Assembly: GCA_031278845.1 (NCBI GenBank)
Contig: JAITJQ010000078.1
Location: 1 to 54,676 of the forward strand
Reading direction: 5' to 3'
From: Puniceicoccales bacterium
GTDB lineage: Bacteria > Verrucomicrobiota > Verrucomicrobiia > Opitutales > LL51
Length of the DNA stretch: 54,676 bases
Under the pieces are notes generated by a model. That model saw only the letters and a program-made list of their open reading frames with translations. It did no database searches and was not told the origin of the DNA. The position numbers and the translations under genes were made by a program. Within the stretch, counting starts at the first letter, position 1. Each line of letters opens with the position of its first letter. This document shows positions 26,401 through 36,283 of this stretch, in pieces.

Positions 26401-27750
26401 TTATTTTTCAAAATCTAGAATGCATTTTCGGAGGGCAAGGGGACGTTGAAGATATTCAAAGCCGATAAGGGAAAAAACTAGTAATACAAAGGCCGTTACG
26501 CCGACTGCCCACGGACCCAAGTATTCGAGCAAAACGTAGCCCAAAAGGGGCGCAAGGGCATCGCGCAATCCCATAACCGCCGTGTTCGCGCTCATATATT
26601 CGCCAACTTTCTCTCTCGGTGCAATGTCGCTTACCCATAAACTCCAAAAAATAACACCGCCACTCCGGCCAATCCCTAAAAGTACACTCGCTAAACAAAT
26701 CATGCGGAGATCATGCGTTGCGAAAAATAGGGGGATACCGATTAGGAGACATATCGTTACACATTGGCGCATCGTGATGAGATTAACGTGGTCGTACAAT
26801 TTTCCCCAAAGCGGCCCACTGAGTACGCCCGCCAAAGGCTGAATAACCGCAAATATCGCTAAAATCGTCCCGTAGGAAAGATTAAGTCCGTGTTTGTGGT
26901 TCGCTAAGTACTCCACGCGCAACGGCAACGTCATCTGATTCGCAATCGCGATGAGAGAATAAAGGAATAGAATTGCCGCGAAAAGGCGATCCCTAGCAAT
27001 CCATTTGAAGTTATCCCAGAGCGGTGGGTATTGGGTTGCGACGACTTTTCGTGCTGGAATTTTTAGAAAACATATGGCACAAAATAAAGCCAATAAACTC
27101 GCCAAAAGTAATGCGTAGCAGAAATGATTCGGATTCTTATTCCAGAAACGTTCCATGCACTGCGCAAAAATAATCCCTCCTATTGGCATACACGCTAAGG
27201 CCGTTCCCACCTTAAATCCTCGACGCGCTTTGGGATAATTGTCGCAATAGATGTCGATCATTAGCGGAATCTGCTGCTTATCGCAAATCCGAGCTAGGGC
27301 CATAAGTGTAAAAAACATAACCCAAGAGGTCGCAAAGGCCGCACAACAAAACGCAATGCCCATCAGTGTAAAGTAGAGTGCCGAAACCTGCATGCTATTC
27401 CATCGCGAACGATTGGCAAGCTGCTGGGTAATTGGCGTAAAAATCATACCGATGAAACCGATTGAAGTCAATAGGGTCAGACTCACCTTGTAATTTACGG
27501 ATGCTCCTAAAGTTTGTATTGCCATTAATAATAGAGCGGTACCTAGTTCTTTATCCAAAGCTCCCTGAAAGACGTAGCGTAGGCAATCGAAAAACAATGT
27601 CTTTCGCTCCACCTTTGTATCGGAGTGAGCGCTTTCGGAACGCGAAGCGATACCAATCCTACCTACAGAAATACTATCAAAAATAGTTTCTTTGGAAACA
27701 GTTAGTGTATCCGATAAAATTTCATCTTGCCGTTGCATGACTTTTTCCAA
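26401..27750 (-). CDS. MFS-type transporter
   Basis: 449 aa with about 12 hydrophobic segments and a cytoplasmic N-terminal extension. Substrate unknown. Confidence 0.7.
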   Translation of the reverse strand: MEKVMQRQDEILSDTLTVSKETIFDSISVGRIGIASRSESAHSDTKVERKTLFFDCLRYVFQGALDKELGTALLLMAIQTLGASVNYKVSLTLLTSIGFIGMIFTPITQQLANRSRWNSMQVSALYFTLMGIAFCCAAFATSWVMFFTLMALARICDKQQIPLMIDIYCDNYPKARRGFKVGTALACMPIGGIIFAQCMERFWNKNPNHFCYALLLASLLALFCAICFLKIPARKVVATQYPPLWDNFKWIARDRLFAAILFLYSLIAIANQMTLPLRVEYLANHKHGLNLSYGTILAIFAVIQPLAGVLSGPLWGKLYDHVNLITMRQCVTICLLIGIPLFFATHDLRMICLASVLLGIGRSGGVIFWSLWVSDIAPREKVGEYMSANTAVMGLRDALAPLLGYVLLEYLGPWAVGVTAFVLLVFSLIGFEYLQRPLALRKCILDFEK

Positions 27751-27816
27751 ATATTGGACTGATTCTGGGGAAAATTTTACTGAGTCAAGAAGTAGTTTTA
27801 GAGTCGGAGGAATATT

Positions 27817-28263
27817 TTGAATAAGGATGATATCGAAGATTTAATTGCGATCATGGATCGTTCAAACCTATCTGAAATCGAAATCGCAGATGGAAAAACA
27901 AAAATTGTCTTGCGTAAGAATAATTCTGTATTGGCACCGGCTCTACCCCAAGCCTATGCCATACAGCCCCATATTCCCACTGTTCCCATTGAAACCGATA
28001 TTCCTACGACGCCCGCGGAAAATTTTTATGTCATTAAATCGCCAATGGTCGGTACCTTTTATACTTCCCCTTCACCCGATAGCGACACTTTTGTGCGGGT
28101 TGGTTCGAGAATTGAAAAGGATTCTCCCATTTGTATCCTCGAAGCGATGAAGGTGATGAACGAAATCCAAGCCGATATTTCAGGGATTGTTCGCGAAATA
28201 TTGGTACGAAATGGTCAGCCGGTCGAATTCAGTCAACCGCTATTCAAAATAGAGATTAGTTAG
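27817..28263 (+). CDS. accB: acetyl-CoA carboxylase biotin carboxyl carrier protein
   Basis: Biotinyl-lysine motif ILEAMKVMNEI and a Pro/Ala-rich linker. TTG start with GGAGGA 7 nt upstream. Followed by accC. Confidence 0.9.
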   Translation: MNKDDIEDLIAIMDRSNLSEIEIADGKTKIVLRKNNSVLAPALPQAYAIQPHIPTVPIETDIPTTPAENFYVIKSPMVGTFYTSPSPDSDTFVRVGSRIEKDSPICILEAMKVMNEIQADISGIVREILVRNGQPVEFSQPLFKIEIS

Positions 28264-29619
28264 ATGTTTGATAAAATTTTAATTGCTAATCGGGGAGAAA
28301 TTGCCCTACGTATCATCCGAACATGCCGTGAGTTGGGCGTAAAAACGTTGGCGATTTATTCGGAGGCCGATGAACAGTCGCTACACGTACAGTTAGCCGA
28401 TGAGGCGATTTGTATCGGTGCGGCTCCGGTCCCGGAGAGCTATTTGCGGGCGGATCGCATTTTTAGTGCGGCGGAGTTGGGCAATGTAGATGCCATCCAC
28501 CCGGGCTATGGCTTTTTGTCGGAGAATCCGATATTCGCAGAGCAATGTTCGGATTGTAAAATTAACTTTATCGGCCCCCGCCCCGAAGTGATTCGCCAGA
28601 TGGGCAATAAAGCCTGCGCTAAAGATATGGCAAAAAAGGCAAAGGTTCCCATTGTTCCCGGTAGCGAGGGAGTAATCGACAATGAAAATGAAGCTCTGAA
28701 AATTGCGGAATCGATCGGTTTCCCTATTATTATTAAGGCGGTGGCGGGTGGTGGTGGCAAAGGGATGCGTTTGGTCCACAATTCGGTTTCCTTTAGCAAG
28801 GAATTTAATGTTGCTCGGGTGGAAGCGGAGAAAAATTTCGGCAATGGAGCCGTTTATATTGAGAAATTCGTCGAGGATCCACGGCACATCGAAATCCAAA
28901 TCATTGGCGATAAACAGGGGAAGATTTTACATTTAGGCGAGCGGGATTGTTCGGTTCAGCGGCGGTACCAGAAGATCATCGAAGAGGCGCCGTCGGGATT
29001 TCTTGACGCGAGTTTGCGAGCTAAAATGGGCGATGCTGCCGTACGTTTAGCGAAGCAATGCGGCTATGAAAATGCGGGAACGATTGAGTTTTTAGTCGAT
29101 AGGCAGGGCAATTTCTACTTCATGGAAATGAATACACGCATTCAGGTGGAGCACGGCGTAACCGAAGAGGCGACGGGAATCGATTTGATCGACTTGCAGT
29201 TGCGCATTGCTGCCGGCGAAAAAATTCCTTTTGACCAGAAAAATATAAAATTTGTGAAGCATGCCATAGAATGTCGCATCAATGCGGAAGATCCGGAACG
29301 TAACTTTGCTCCTTGCCCTGGCGAAATTACACTGTACTACGCGCCGGGGGGTAATGGGATTCGCGTGGATAGTCACGTTTACGGAGGCTATCGGATTCCG
29401 CAGTATTACGATAGCATGATTGGGAAATTGATTGCGACAGGTAATGTGCGGGAGATTGCAATTAATCGGATGAGTCGGGCGCTTGGGGAATATATTATCC
29501 GGGGCATTTCGACGACCATACCGTTTGCGAAGGCGATTATGTCCGATGTCGATTTCCGTGCGGGCAACGTAACGACGAAATTTATTGAGGAATTTATGAA
29601 ACGCAATAGTCACGGGTAA
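28264..29619 (+). CDS. accC: acetyl-CoA carboxylase biotin carboxylase
   Basis: [22 protein letters not shown], the ATP-grasp Gly loop [12 protein letters not shown], and [12 protein letters not shown]-type [16 protein letters not shown]. Confidence 0.95.
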   Translation: MFDKILIANRGEIALRIIRTCRELGVKTLAIYSEADEQSLHVQLADEAICIGAAPVPESYLRADRIFSAAELGNVDAIHPGYGFLSENPIFAEQCSDCKINFIGPRPEVIRQMGNKACAKDMAKKAKVPIVPGSEGVIDNENEALKIAESIGFPIIIKAVAGGGGKGMRLVHNSVSFSKEFNVARVEAEKNFGNGAVYIEKFVEDPRHIEIQIIGDKQGKILHLGERDCSVQRRYQKIIEEAPSGFLDASLRAKMGDAAVRLAKQCGYENAGTIEFLVDRQGNFYFMEMNTRIQVEHGVTEEATGIDLIDLQLRIAAGEKIPFDQKNIKFVKHAIECRINAEDPERNFAPCPGEITLYYAPGGNGIRVDSHVYGGYRIPQYYDSMIGKLIATGNVREIAINRMSRALGEYIIRGISTTIPFAKAIMSDVDFRAGNVTTKFIEEFMKRNSHG

Positions 29620-29736
29620 AGATTTGGGTTGGATTTGGGGGGATATTTTGATTGTTTACAACGGGAGATCCTTTATTTAATTTTTGTATTTTCTGTATCT
29701 TTTATTTTTTGTTGAGCAAGAGCTGCGCGGTTTTTT

Positions 29737-29850
29737 GGGGGCAAAAGCTGCGCGGTTTTACCGCGCAAGGCCTGGAGCGAAGCTCCAGGCCTTACAAGGA
29801 GCCTGCGGCTCCTTGGCTTTTGCCCCCAAACGCGCCCCTTCGGGGCGCGT
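29737..29850. repeat. GC-rich nested-palindrome element A (four-way-junction fold plus one extra hairpin)
   Basis: Outer stem GGGGGCAAAAG (29737-47) pairs with CTTTTGCCCCC (29817-27). It encloses three hairpins: 29749-67 (TGCGCGGT ttt ACCGCGCA), 29769-91 (GGCCTGGAGC gaa GCTCCAGGCC) and 29795-815 (CAAGGAGCC tgc GGCTCCTTG). An extra hairpin follows at 29830-50 (ACGCGCCCC ttc GGGGCGCGT). Confidence 0.8.
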
Positions 29851-29928
29851 AACATTAATTTAACATTGCAAGTCTCATTCCCTTGGATTTAACATTGCAA
29901 AGTCCCTAGCCCTCCCAATGATTCACCT

Positions 29929-31731
29929 ATGAATTCGCTGGATAAGATCCGCAATTTTTGCATCATCGCCCACATCGACCACGGAAAGACGACCTTATCC
30001 GATCGTCTATTGGAGTTTACGAATACGGTTCAGAAGCGGAAGATGCAGGATCAGCTATTGGATTCGATGGATTTGGAGCGGGAGCGTGGGATTACGATCA
30101 AGTGTCATCCGGTTTCGATGAAGTTAAAGCGTCCCAATGGGGAAGAATTTTTGCTCAATTTGATTGATACGCCGGGGCACGTCGATTTTTCCTACGAAGT
30201 TTCGCGGAGCATCGCTGCCTGCGAAGGCGCACTCCTACTGATTGACGCATCCCAAGGTATCGAAGCGCAAACGGTGGCCAATGCGAATTTAGCCATTGGG
30301 CAAAAAATGGTCATCATTCCGGTGCTCAACAAAATCGATCTACAGAGTGCGCAGCCGGACGTGGTATTGACGCAATTGGAGGACATTTTAGCCATACCGC
30401 GGGAGGAGGCGATTCGGGCGAGTGCGAAGTCTGGGATTGGTATTGAAGAAATTTTAGAAGCGGTAGTAAAGCGCATTCCGCAGCCGCGTTGGGCGGATTA
30501 CCCGCAGACCCGCTGTCTCGTCTTCGATTCCGTATTCGACGCCTACCAGGGCGTGATCTGTTATATCCGTGTATTTTCGGGTACGGTCAGGACGGGCGAC
30601 GAACTGCTGCTCATGGGGACGGGGCAGCGTATGCAGGTTAAGGATGTGGGTATTTTTTCGCCGCAGATGGTTTCGGCGGGCATACTTGAAGCGGGGCAGG
30701 TCGGGTTTATTGTGACGAATATTAAGAATGTGGCGGAGATCAAAATCGGCGACACGATTACCCATTTTGCCGATCTGGCGAAGGAAATGTTACCGGGGTA
30801 CAAGGAGGTGCGGCCCATGGTTTTCAGTGGCATTTATCCCATTGACACGCCGGATTATGAGAAATTAAAGGCGGCATTGGCGCGCTTGCAGCTAAACGAT
30901 TCGGCTTTGGTCTACCAATCGGAGAACTCGACGGCACTGGGCTTTGGCTTTCGCTGTGGATTTTTAGGGCTATTGCACATGGAAATTGTACAGGAGCGCA
31001 TCCGCCGGGAGTACGATCTGGACGTTATTTCCACCTATCCGAGCGTGGTATATAAGGTGATGAAGACCGATGGCATCGAATTACTGGTCGACAATCCGCT
31101 TCATTTACCGGAGCCTTCCTCCATCGATCACATTCAGGAGCCGATGATCCGGGCGATGATTCATATTCCCAACGGCTCCATTGGCGATATGTTGATGTTA
31201 ATTTCCGAGAAGCGGGGGACATGTCTGCGGACGGACACGGTGGATCAGAGTCGGGTCATGCTCTGCTGCGAGTTGCCATTGAACGAAGTTTTAGTGGATT
31301 TCAACGACCGCCTGAAGAGTATCACCAAGGGGTATGGGTCGATGGACTACGAATTGGACGAGTATAGGACATCGAATTTGGTGCGGATGGATTTACTGGT
31401 AAACGGCGAGGCGATCGATGCTTTTTCATCGATTGTACACCGGGACAAGGCGGTAGCCAAGGGGCGAGAATTATGTCAAAAGCTGAAAGAGATTTTACCG
31501 CGACAGCTTTTTGCCATAGCGATTCAAGCGGCCATAGGGAGTACGATTATAGCGCGGGAAACGTTAAGTGCGTTGCGGAAGGACGTGACGGCGAAGTGTT
31601 ACGGCGGAGATATTACGCGAAAGCGGAAGCTCCTTGAGAAGCAAAAGGAGGGTAAAAAGAAGATGAAACAAATCGGTAAAATATCGATCCCCCAGGATGC
31701 CTTTATCAAAATTTTAAAATCTTCCACCTAA
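29929..31731 (+). CDS. lepA: translation elongation factor 4 (LepA)
   Basis: IRNFCIIAHIDHGKTTLSDRLL G1 motif, DTPGHVDF, NKID, and the characteristic LepA C-terminal domain (KCYGGDITRKRKLLEKQKEGKKKMK). Confidence 0.96.
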   Translation: MNSLDKIRNFCIIAHIDHGKTTLSDRLLEFTNTVQKRKMQDQLLDSMDLERERGITIKCHPVSMKLKRPNGEEFLLNLIDTPGHVDFSYEVSRSIAACEGALLLIDASQGIEAQTVANANLAIGQKMVIIPVLNKIDLQSAQPDVVLTQLEDILAIPREEAIRASAKSGIGIEEILEAVVKRIPQPRWADYPQTRCLVFDSVFDAYQGVICYIRVFSGTVRTGDELLLMGTGQRMQVKDVGIFSPQMVSAGILEAGQVGFIVTNIKNVAEIKIGDTITHFADLAKEMLPGYKEVRPMVFSGIYPIDTPDYEKLKAALARLQLNDSALVYQSENSTALGFGFRCGFLGLLHMEIVQERIRREYDLDVISTYPSVVYKVMKTDGIELLVDNPLHLPEPSSIDHIQEPMIRAMIHIPNGSIGDMLMLISEKRGTCLRTDTVDQSRVMLCCELPLNEVLVDFNDRLKSITKGYGSMDYELDEYRTSNLVRMDLLVNGEAIDAFSSIVHRDKAVAKGRELCQKLKEILPRQLFAIAIQAAIGSTIIARETLSALRKDVTAKCYGGDITRKRKLLEKQKEGKKKMKQIGKISIPQDAFIKILKSST

Positions 31732-31738
31732 ACCTAGA

Positions 31739-31767
31739 AGGTCGGCAATAAATTTCCCGGCCTTTTT
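31739..31767 (+). terminator. putative rho-independent terminator after lepA
   Basis: AGGTCGG (11-nt loop) CCGGCCT, a 7-bp stem with one G-T pair, followed by TTTTT. It lies between the convergent lepA and hydrolase genes. Confidence 0.45.
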
Positions 31768-31778
31768 CGATTACCCTT

Positions 31779-33431
31779 TTAATGTTGTTCTTCGCTTAAG
31801 AGCTCTTTTCCGCAGTCGGTATCTTTGAATTTTATTTGTTTTTTTTCACCGTTATCGAATTGTAAAAATATTAACTCTGCTGAATATTGTTTTACTATTT
31901 CATCTTGATTAAAAATCTTTAAATTTTGTGTACCTTCATTGGGATTACCTTTTCCGATTGACAGTATGTCGTTAAGCATGTTTCTGAAGGCTTGCAATTG
32001 TTCATTGGGGATATTTTTGTCCATTTTTACATTTTGTATGCGATGGGGGCTATGGGCTGCTCCCGCGTAGGCGAAAGTCCTCCAATTTTCAAATCCGATC
32101 ACCTTGAATAGCCAGGCAACGGTTCCGTTTTGGGTTGTTGGAGCTGTATTATAATCTTTTAGGCCAACGAATAGAAATATAGGAATTGTGAGTCGGCTAA
32201 AGATGTTTCGCAATTCCTCCCGACTCATGCCACTTGTAATCGAAAAAGGATTAACATATTTATAAACATATTCTGCTTCTTGGCCTTGGAATTTTTTAAT
32301 GGGAGTGGAGCAGTTAATTGTTTCAGGTATATCGTTAGGGGCTGCGTATCTAAAGGCAAAGTGATTAAATGAGTCGAATATTTTGGGCTCACTGATTGAA
32401 CTATATCCCCAGGATTCGTTGATATAGGGTGATGCTAATCCGACGCCGAGTTTAAAATTATCGTTAAGGAAAGTATATTCATTGGCGATCATTTGGGACA
32501 TAATATGGCCACCGTTGCTATGGCCGATAAAAGCCATTTTAGTATTATCGATATAATCCAATTTTTTAATTTCTTCGATTTGGTCTTTAATTTGTTGCCG
32601 GATATTAACGTTGCCATCTTTTCCTCGTATCGTAATGGTAGCGAAGGCTACGCCGTTTTGTACCAAATAACGGGCTAGGGGTTGGAGACCGAAGGTAAAA
32701 TTATATAGTGAACTTAGGAAATCATTGAAGGAAATATCGAGTTGATTGGGGTCAGAGTAGTGGCAGTTATCCTTAGCTCCGAAGCTGCCGCCATGTAGCC
32801 AAAAAATGCAAGGATAAGGAGGTGTTGTTCCGCGATCGGATTGGGGAGAATATATATAACAGGTAATATTTTCACCATCCGTAGACAGTGTAATTTTTTC
32901 AAGTTTTATGGAATCGACATTTTCCAATTTGAATTTGCTGAAAGCTTCTTGAAAACTTTCCCATGTGTTTGAAAACTTACTAATTTTCGCCGTATGTTTA
33001 ATCTGTTGTATCAACCTTAAAATATTTTCATTCACAGTATCAATATTTTTTTGGCATATTGTTAATTGTTGCTGTATTTTAGTTTTCTCCTCATCTGTAA
33101 TGGAATCTGAAGCAAGTTTTTGGTTTAAAGCGTCATATCTTTTTTGTACATTATTGCACCATCCTTGTTGCTGGGAATAGATTCTTAAATCTTGAACAAG
33201 ATTTTCAATCAATTGGCTGAATCTGGCCGCTTGATCCAGAGTTTGACATGTTTTTACATCGTCAACCTTGCGGTTATCGATGTAAATTTCAGGAAACGAT
33301 TTCCTTTGCGGCGAAGCACTGTGCAGTTTCAATATACTAACTTGAATAATATTCAGTAATAATAAACTTGCAATGTATATTTTTGATTTATATTTGGTAT
33401 ACATAGTGAATATTATATTATAGATTACCAT
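31779..33431 (-). CDS. secreted alpha/beta-hydrolase (serine esterase/peptidase fold) with ~190-aa N-terminal coiled-coil-like region
   Basis: Nucleophile elbow FIGHSNGGH (GxSxG), a later GLKDYN (Asp) and GAAHSP (His) in the Ser-Asp-His order. Signal-like N-terminus, with an alternative start MYTKYKSKIYIASLLLLN at 33404. Confidence 0.65.
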   Translation of the reverse strand: MVIYNIIFTMYTKYKSKIYIASLLLLNIIQVSILKLHSASPQRKSFPEIYIDNRKVDDVKTCQTLDQAARFSQLIENLVQDLRIYSQQQGWCNNVQKRYDALNQKLASDSITDEEKTKIQQQLTICQKNIDTVNENILRLIQQIKHTAKISKFSNTWESFQEAFSKFKLENVDSIKLEKITLSTDGENITCYIYSPQSDRGTTPPYPCIFWLHGGSFGAKDNCHYSDPNQLDISFNDFLSSLYNFTFGLQPLARYLVQNGVAFATITIRGKDGNVNIRQQIKDQIEEIKKLDYIDNTKMAFIGHSNGGHIMSQMIANEYTFLNDNFKLGVGLASPYINESWGYSSISEPKIFDSFNHFAFRYAAPNDIPETINCSTPIKKFQGQEAEYVYKYVNPFSITSGMSREELRNIFSRLTIPIFLFVGLKDYNTAPTTQNGTVAWLFKVIGFENWRTFAYAGAAHSPHRIQNVKMDKNIPNEQLQAFRNMLNDILSIGKGNPNEGTQNLKIFNQDEIVKQYSAELIFLQFDNGEKKQIKFKDTDCGKELLSEEQH

Positions 33432-33670
33432 TTACACGTCAATACCGTAAAAATATATTTTAAATATTTGCTGGAGGTATTGTTATTAAATTTGACATTT
33501 TTTTTATTCCACTTACACTCAAAGTACCGTAGGTATTTTTTAGCGAATCGTAACCGTACTGATTGCCATATCGGTTAGTATTTCCGAAGTATTTTTGTTA
33601 AGATTTTGAAGTCTTCGGCCTAAAAAAATCAGATCTTGAATTTTTTCCGGTTTCGCGCATAGTGAAGGTG

Positions 33671-34456
33671 ATGAGAGTTCTCTTGACGAATGACGACAGT
33701 ATCCATTCTGCTGCGCTGCAGCGCCTGGTTCGTGCGCTAATTGAAAAAAAATGGGAAGTCTATGTTTCCGCACCGGCTATGGAACAGAGTGGCGTTGGTC
33801 GGGCATGTAGCCTAACCCATAGCATTTCCGTTGCGCCGTTCGAAGGGCTAGGGTGTACGGCCTGGGCGGTTAACGGTACGCCACTGGATTGCGTCAATTT
33901 AGCGCTTTCCTACTGGCTGGAGGGGAAGCGTCCCGATCTCGTTGTTTCCGGTATCAATTGGGGCGTCAATACGTCCGTTCCGATGATTTTTAGTTCCGGT
34001 ACGGTGGGTGGAGCGATTGAGGGAGTTGCCTTTGGGATTCCTTCCATTGCCGTTTCTCAGTGTTTACCGGATCAGGATAAGCAATATATTCAAAAGAAAA
34101 TTGATTTTCTCGCCCATGAAGGCCTCATGAAAAGTATCGATGCGGCCGTTGAAAAAACGGTACAATATGCGGAAACGATTGCCAAAACTTCGGATAATGT
34201 GGTCCATAATATCAATTTCCCCTATCCGACGACTGCTGGAATGGTCGAAGAAATGACGACGCTGAGTAACATTATGCACGGAAAGGACGCCAACTATCCG
34301 GTATACTGTGCGCTCTATGAGAAGCGGGGTGATGGGTATCATTTTGCCATTGAGCAGGATTTATCGATTCCACCGCCTCCGGGTTCCGATATTTACGCGC
34401 TTCTTCAGGGGAAAATCAGCCATAGTATTATCGATCTGCGTCGGTTGTGTTCCTAG
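33671..34456 (+). CDS. surE: 5'/3'-nucleotidase SurE
   Basis: MRVLLTNDDSIHSAALQRL (SurE N-terminal DD motif), SGINWGVN, and SGTVGGAIEG. The ATG at 33671 is preferred over the GTG at 33662. Confidence 0.9.
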   Translation: MRVLLTNDDSIHSAALQRLVRALIEKKWEVYVSAPAMEQSGVGRACSLTHSISVAPFEGLGCTAWAVNGTPLDCVNLALSYWLEGKRPDLVVSGINWGVNTSVPMIFSSGTVGGAIEGVAFGIPSIAVSQCLPDQDKQYIQKKIDFLAHEGLMKSIDAAVEKTVQYAETIAKTSDNVVHNINFPYPTTAGMVEEMTTLSNIMHGKDANYPVYCALYEKRGDGYHFAIEQDLSIPPPPGSDIYALLQGKISHSIIDLRRLCS

Positions 34457-34785
34457 TTGTTTTAATGGGATTTTAAACCACGCTTGACAGACCTGAAGAT
34501 TCTTCCAGGGCTTGGAGAATGGAGGGGGGGCAAGTGGTGCGTAAAAAATTTGAGCTAAGCTGAATTAATTCCAATAATCCATTAAAATCGTCGAGCCGTC
34601 TTTACTCTTTAAGCCAGTGTTTAAATAACTTCCGGCGATAATAAGGATTCCCTTAGGTAACGCTTCCGCTTTTTGGATTTTTTAGTAATTTGTAAATGCT
34701 TCATTTATTTGTTAGCTTGGGAAATTTTTAAAAAAAAATACAATATTGTATTGACTTTGTATATTTCAGCTTAAGGAGTGTTGTC

Positions 34786-36015
34786 ATGTTTAATATTCGT
34801 AAATCAATAACAACGGCAACCGTTATGTGGATGGTCGCTTCTCTTTTTTATGCTTATCAGTACATTTTACGCGTTATGCCGAGTATTATGTTAGATGATA
34901 TCATGCTACGGTTTCGCATGGATAGTGATACGGTGGGACAATTTTCAGGCGTTTACTATATCGGCTATTCTTTGTTTCATATTCCCATTGGTGTTTTACT
35001 CGATCGATATGGCCCTCGGAAGGTAATTCCTTGCTGCATATTCCTTTCGATTGTGGGTATATTACCGATTGTTTGTGCGGAGCACTGGATATGGCCTATT
35101 TTAGGGCGATTGGCTACGGGTATCGGATCATCGGCAGCTATTTTGGGTGTATTCAAGATTATTCGGATGGCCTATGCCGAAGAGCGTTTTGGACGAATGC
35201 TTAGTTTTTCGGTCATGATCGGGTTACTGGGCGCGATTTATGGTGGAACGCCTATTCGTTATCTATGTCAAATTTTAGATTACCAAATTGTGATTGTCGT
35301 CCTCGCTTTAGTGGGAATATTATTGGCACTTATAACGTATTGGATTGTTCCGCCTATGGATGATACGCGGAGTGAGGTGAAGCCATCATCGCCATTTGCG
35401 GGAATTGGATCCGTTTTAAAAAATACGAAGGTTATGATTATCTGTTTTTCGGCGGGGCTCATGGTAGGGCCGCTTGAGGGATTTGCCGACATTTGGGGGC
35501 CCAAATTTTTGAATCAAGTTTTGCACATTGAAATTTCCAGGGCTACTTTTATTACATCGATGATTTTTATGGGCATGTGTTTTGGAGCCCCCGTTCTCAA
35601 TTTTATTGCAGAAAAATCGAAAAGTTATTTGAGTACTATTATACTTTCGGGCCTATTGATGTTCGCTATCTTTACATTACTGGTGGCATCGCTGCTTTCT
35701 AATACCACGGTACTTGCCGTTGGATTATTTTTAGTTGGCATATGTTCGGCCTATCAGATATTAGCCATTTACAAGGCCTCAACCTATGTGCATGAAAATG
35801 TAGCTAGCATGACGACGGCAATGGCCAACATGATCATCATGATTTTCGGCTACGTGTTACACAGCATGATTGGGGGTGTGACCGAACTTTTTGGCGGAAT
35901 AAAAATGGAGTCGGCCTTCCGGTGGGGGATTGCGTCTATTCCTGCGGCCTTGCTCCTGGGAATCATCGGATTTGCGGTAGTAGCCCATATAGACAAAAAA
36001 CATGTTAAAAAGTAG
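34786..36015 (+). CDS. MFS transporter
   Basis: 12-TM profile with the MFS loop motif GVLLDRYGPRKV between TM2 and TM3. Confidence 0.75.
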   Translation: MFNIRKSITTATVMWMVASLFYAYQYILRVMPSIMLDDIMLRFRMDSDTVGQFSGVYYIGYSLFHIPIGVLLDRYGPRKVIPCCIFLSIVGILPIVCAEHWIWPILGRLATGIGSSAAILGVFKIIRMAYAEERFGRMLSFSVMIGLLGAIYGGTPIRYLCQILDYQIVIVVLALVGILLALITYWIVPPMDDTRSEVKPSSPFAGIGSVLKNTKVMIICFSAGLMVGPLEGFADIWGPKFLNQVLHIEISRATFITSMIFMGMCFGAPVLNFIAEKSKSYLSTIILSGLLMFAIFTLLVASLLSNTTVLAVGLFLVGICSAYQILAIYKASTYVHENVASMTTAMANMIIMIFGYVLHSMIGGVTELFGGIKMESAFRWGIASIPAALLLGIIGFAVVAHIDKKHVKK

Positions 36016-36021
36016 CATTGC

Positions 36022-36073
36022 GATTACCTTAGGGCGTTGCCTCTGGAGCTGTCGAGGTGGGACTAAGGTAATC
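36022..36073 (+). terminator. long stem-loop immediately after the MFS gene (possible terminator, no U-tract)
   Basis: GATTACCTTAG (36022-32) pairs with CTAAGGTAATC (36063-73), with an inner CCTC..GAGG. It starts 7 nt after the stop codon. Confidence 0.3.
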
Positions 36074-36283
36074 TATGAGGGTTGTTCTATGGGGGAGATA
36101 ACCTATCGGCATGGGTTTCGTTTTCGGTAGAAAAATGTATTTACAAGTGACCAATAATACTGAATATTCATCTGGGCTGAAGGTTATGAAAAAAATATTC
36201 TTTACAAAGTTGAAAGAGGAAGGCAATATATTGCGCACAGAGGAGATATTGGGCGGCGGATGAGATCGCCAAAAAGATAAAAA

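Noticed and set aside
28393-29613. Several 100-170-aa ORFs antisense to accC
   Set aside because: accC has unmistakable biotin carboxylase motifs on the plus strand. The antisense ORFs have no motifs and are typical shadow ORFs.
29652-29855. 66-aa and 60-aa ORFs on opposite strands
   Set aside because: Both are generated by GC-rich palindromic element A. Their translations are Ala/Pro/Arg/Gly runs mirrored on the two strands.
33492-33519. Sigma-70-like promoter (TTGACA, 16 nt, TACACT) for surE
   Set aside because: The match is plausible, but it lies about 150 nt upstream of the surE ATG in very AT-rich sequence where such hexamers occur by chance. I have not listed it as a feature.
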